Positions 62,321-64,000 of a stretch of DNA of 64,000 bases are shown one piece after another. The stretch spans positions 1,975 to 65,974 of the forward strand of contig CAVOVE010000003.1 in the NCBI GenBank assembly GCA_963699775.1, written 5' to 3'. The notes beneath the pieces were generated by a model. That model had not been told where the DNA came from, ran no database searches, and saw only the letters and a program-made list of their open reading frames with translations. Each line of letters begins with the position of its first letter. Position 1 is the stretch's first letter. The translations under genes were made by a program, and so were the position numbers. Source of the stretch: an uncultured Candidatus Rokubacteria bacterium. Its GTDB lineage: Bacteria; JAUVQV01; DATDCY01.

Positions 62321-62560
62321 ATGCGCACAACACTCATCATACCAGATGCTTTGATGCAGAGAGTCAGCCGGCTCTCCGGTGAGGCCTCGAAGACGAGGGC
62401 CGTTGTTGCCGCCATGGAGACCTACGTGAAGCTCAAGAGTCGCGAAGAACTGCTCGCTCTCCGCGGTAAGATACGCCTCAACTACGATTGGGAGCGCCGC
62501 GAGGAAGAGGAATTGAGCTTGCAGCGGGAGCGGGAGGCCCTCCTTGAAGGGCGCGGGTAG
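62321..62560 (+). CDS. vapB: VapB-family antitoxin
   Basis: MRTTLIIPDALM...SKTRAVVAAM; AGGAGG SD; TTGACT...TATATT promoter upstream. Confidence 0.85.
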   Translation: MRTTLIIPDALMQRVSRLSGEASKTRAVVAAMETYVKLKSREELLALRGKIRLNYDWERREEEELSLQREREALLEGRG

Positions 62561-63047
62561 GAAGAGCGGGGCGTCGACCGCCGGCGAGTTCAGCCGGGGA
62601 GCGGAAAAATTGGCGGCCTATCTTCCGGGGACGCGTTCTGTCGCCGACGCGTCCGGGGAATCAGTGGCGGGTGTCCTGCCGGACACGTGTGCCTGGATCG
62701 ACTTTTTCGCCGGGAAAACGACCGCAGTGGCAAACCTCGTGGCGGTTGCCCTGCGAAATGCAACCGTCTTCACCTGCGGCCCGGTCCTCTCGGAATTGCT
62801 TCAGGGTACGCGCGGCGACCGAGACCGGCAGTCTGTACTGGACGCCCACCGCGCGCTCGAGTACGCGGAGGCCACGCCGGCGGTCTGGGTCAGGACCGGG
62901 GTTCTCGCGGCCGATCTCCGGCGCTCCGGCACGACCGTCCCGCTCTCGGACCTGCTGATCGCGGCAATCGCCATAGAGCAGCGCCTCGAGATCATCACCG
63001 CGGACAGCCATTTCGGGCTCATTCCCGGGGTGCGGGTTCAGGGGTAG
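62544..63047 (+). CDS. vapC: VapC PIN-domain toxin
   Basis: VLPDTCAWIDF, VLSELLQG, PLSDLLIAA, TADSHF. Confidence 0.9.
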   Translation: MKGAGRKSGASTAGEFSRGAEKLAAYLPGTRSVADASGESVAGVLPDTCAWIDFFAGKTTAVANLVAVALRNATVFTCGPVLSELLQGTRGDRDRQSVLDAHRALEYAEATPAVWVRTGVLAADLRRSGTTVPLSDLLIAAIAIEQRLEIITADSHFGLIPGVRVQG

Positions 63048-63112
63048 GCACCATTGCTGCTCCGGGAAATGGGTAAGGACATCCCCGTGTATCCGAGGTA
63101 TCATCAATCGTC

Positions 63113-63343
63113 ATGACTGAAATGGACATTGAGATGCGGGAAGGGTTCGAGCGGCTCGTCGCGAGCTGCCGCGACCAGTGTCTCTGGTTCCTGCGCGAGG
63201 ATTATTGCCCGACCGATCCGCAAGAGATGCGGCGGGTGCTCGAGTACATCCGCCGCCACGGTGACCGCGAGTCCTTCCGCGCCGCTTCACAATTGATGCA
63301 ATGGCTCTCACTGACTTCCAGCGGACAGTCTGCCGCCTCATAG
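63113..63343 (+). CDS. Small protein, probable antitoxin partner of the downstream nucleotidyltransferase
   Basis: 76 aa (CRDQCLWFLREDY...LEYIRRHGD) overlapping the downstream gene. Confidence 0.65.
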   Translation: MTEMDIEMREGFERLVASCRDQCLWFLREDYCPTDPQEMRRVLEYIRRHGDRESFRAASQLMQWLSLTSSGQSAAS

Positions 63344-64000
63344 CCGCCAACCGCGTTGAACGTGGCGAAAGTTACGTCGCGGGGGGCACCGCGCTCAATC
63401 TGCTTGCCGGTGGGACTCGGATCTCGCGCGACATCGATATCTTTCACGACACGAACGCGGCTCTCGATGCTGCGTGGGCCAACGATCGCGCTTTGCTCGC
63501 GGCCAACGGGTACGACATTCGCCCCTTGCGCGAGCGGCCCGCCTATGTCGAGGCCATTGTCGCGAAAGGGGGCGACAGCGTGCTCCTGGAGTGGACACGC
63601 GACAGCGCCTACCGGTTTTTCCCGCTCGTTCCGCACGAGGACCTCGGGCTCGCCCTGCACCCCTTCGACCTGGCCACCAACAAGGTGCTGGCCCTTGTGG
63701 GCAGGCTCGAGATCAGGGACTGGCTCGACGTGCTCACGTGTCACGCGCGGATCCAGCCTCTCGGCTATCTCGCCTGGGCCGCGTGCGGCAAAGATCCAGG
63801 GTTCAGCCCCGCCGCGATCCTCGAACAGGCCGGGCGATCCGGACGCTACACACAGTGCGAATTGGACGGACTCGCTTTCGCCGGGCCGCCACCGGAGCTT
63901 GCGGCAGCCGCCCGCGACTGGCACGCCATGCTCGATCAGGCGCGAGAGATCGTCGGGCTTCTGCCGGCGGACGAGGCCGGGAAATGCGTCCTCGACCGGA
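63301..64000 (+). CDS. AbiEii-like nucleotidyltransferase (type IV TA toxin), runs off the window
   Basis: Manual translation: MALTDFQRTVCRLIA...YVAGGTALN...RISRDIDIF...DLATNKVLALVGRLEIRDWLD. Confidence 0.8.
   Translation, partial: MALTDFQRTVCRLIAANRVERGESYVAGGTALNLLAGGTRISRDIDIFHDTNAALDAAWANDRALLAANGYDIRPLRERPAYVEAIVAKGGDSVLLEWTRDSAYRFFPLVPHEDLGLALHPFDLATNKVLALVGRLEIRDWLDVLTCHARIQPLGYLAWAACGKDPGFSPAAILEQAGRSGRYTQCELDGLAFAGPPPELAAAARDWHAMLDQAREIVGLLPADEAGKCVLDR

Noticed and set aside
55284-63047. Diversity-generating retroelement or shufflon acting on the pilin adhesin (repeat pair at 61898 and 62939)
   Set aside because: No reverse transcriptase or recombinase is present; the repeat pair belongs to vapC and the differences are not adenine-specific.

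Overview
High-GC (roughly 70% by eye) bacterial chromosomal segment with Desulfobacterota/Myxococcota-like gene order. Many genes, including housekeeping genes (purM, purN, folC, lptD, gmd), are broken by 1-2 bp indels, most likely long-read consensus errors. Gene boundaries below were therefore rebuilt by hand across frames and are approximate. Left to right: (1) a nucleotide-sugar operon (MarR-EPS regulator, rfbBACD, gmd, cysC, uxs, fcl, nucleotide-sugar dehydrogenase) with a JUMPstart/ops leader; (2) a sigma54-driven, aromatic-rich major type IV pilin followed by an O-antigen-ligase/TPR protein and a pilGHI/xap-like ABC module; (3) SGNH hydrolase, lptD and folC; (4) a degenerate histidine-kinase-like protein, a DUF4388/J-domain/TPR protein and two tandem TMTC-like GT-C/TPR proteins; (5) a long minus-strand operon: TPR membrane protein, DUF4388, GGDEF, HD-GYP, FecR, TPR lipoprotein, extended MglA-like GTPase, purM, purN, rhomboid, oxidoreductase-like; (6) osmC, an M16 peptidase pair, a GT-C-like membrane protein and an 11-heme CbcL-like c/b cytochrome; (7) galU-hsp20-lon and a PilS/PilR-like two-component pair; (8) a sigma54-driven minor-pilin cluster (fimT-pilV-pilW-pilX) with no pilY1, in which PilW is a giant of about 1,770 aa carrying about 10 mostly Cys-bracketed FN3-like repeats; (9) vapBC, a decayed vapC copy and an AbiE-like toxin-antitoxin pair. 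GTAG-type REP elements and other small structured insertions, some in frame within genes, are also present. No rRNA, tRNA, CRISPR array or transposase was recognised.
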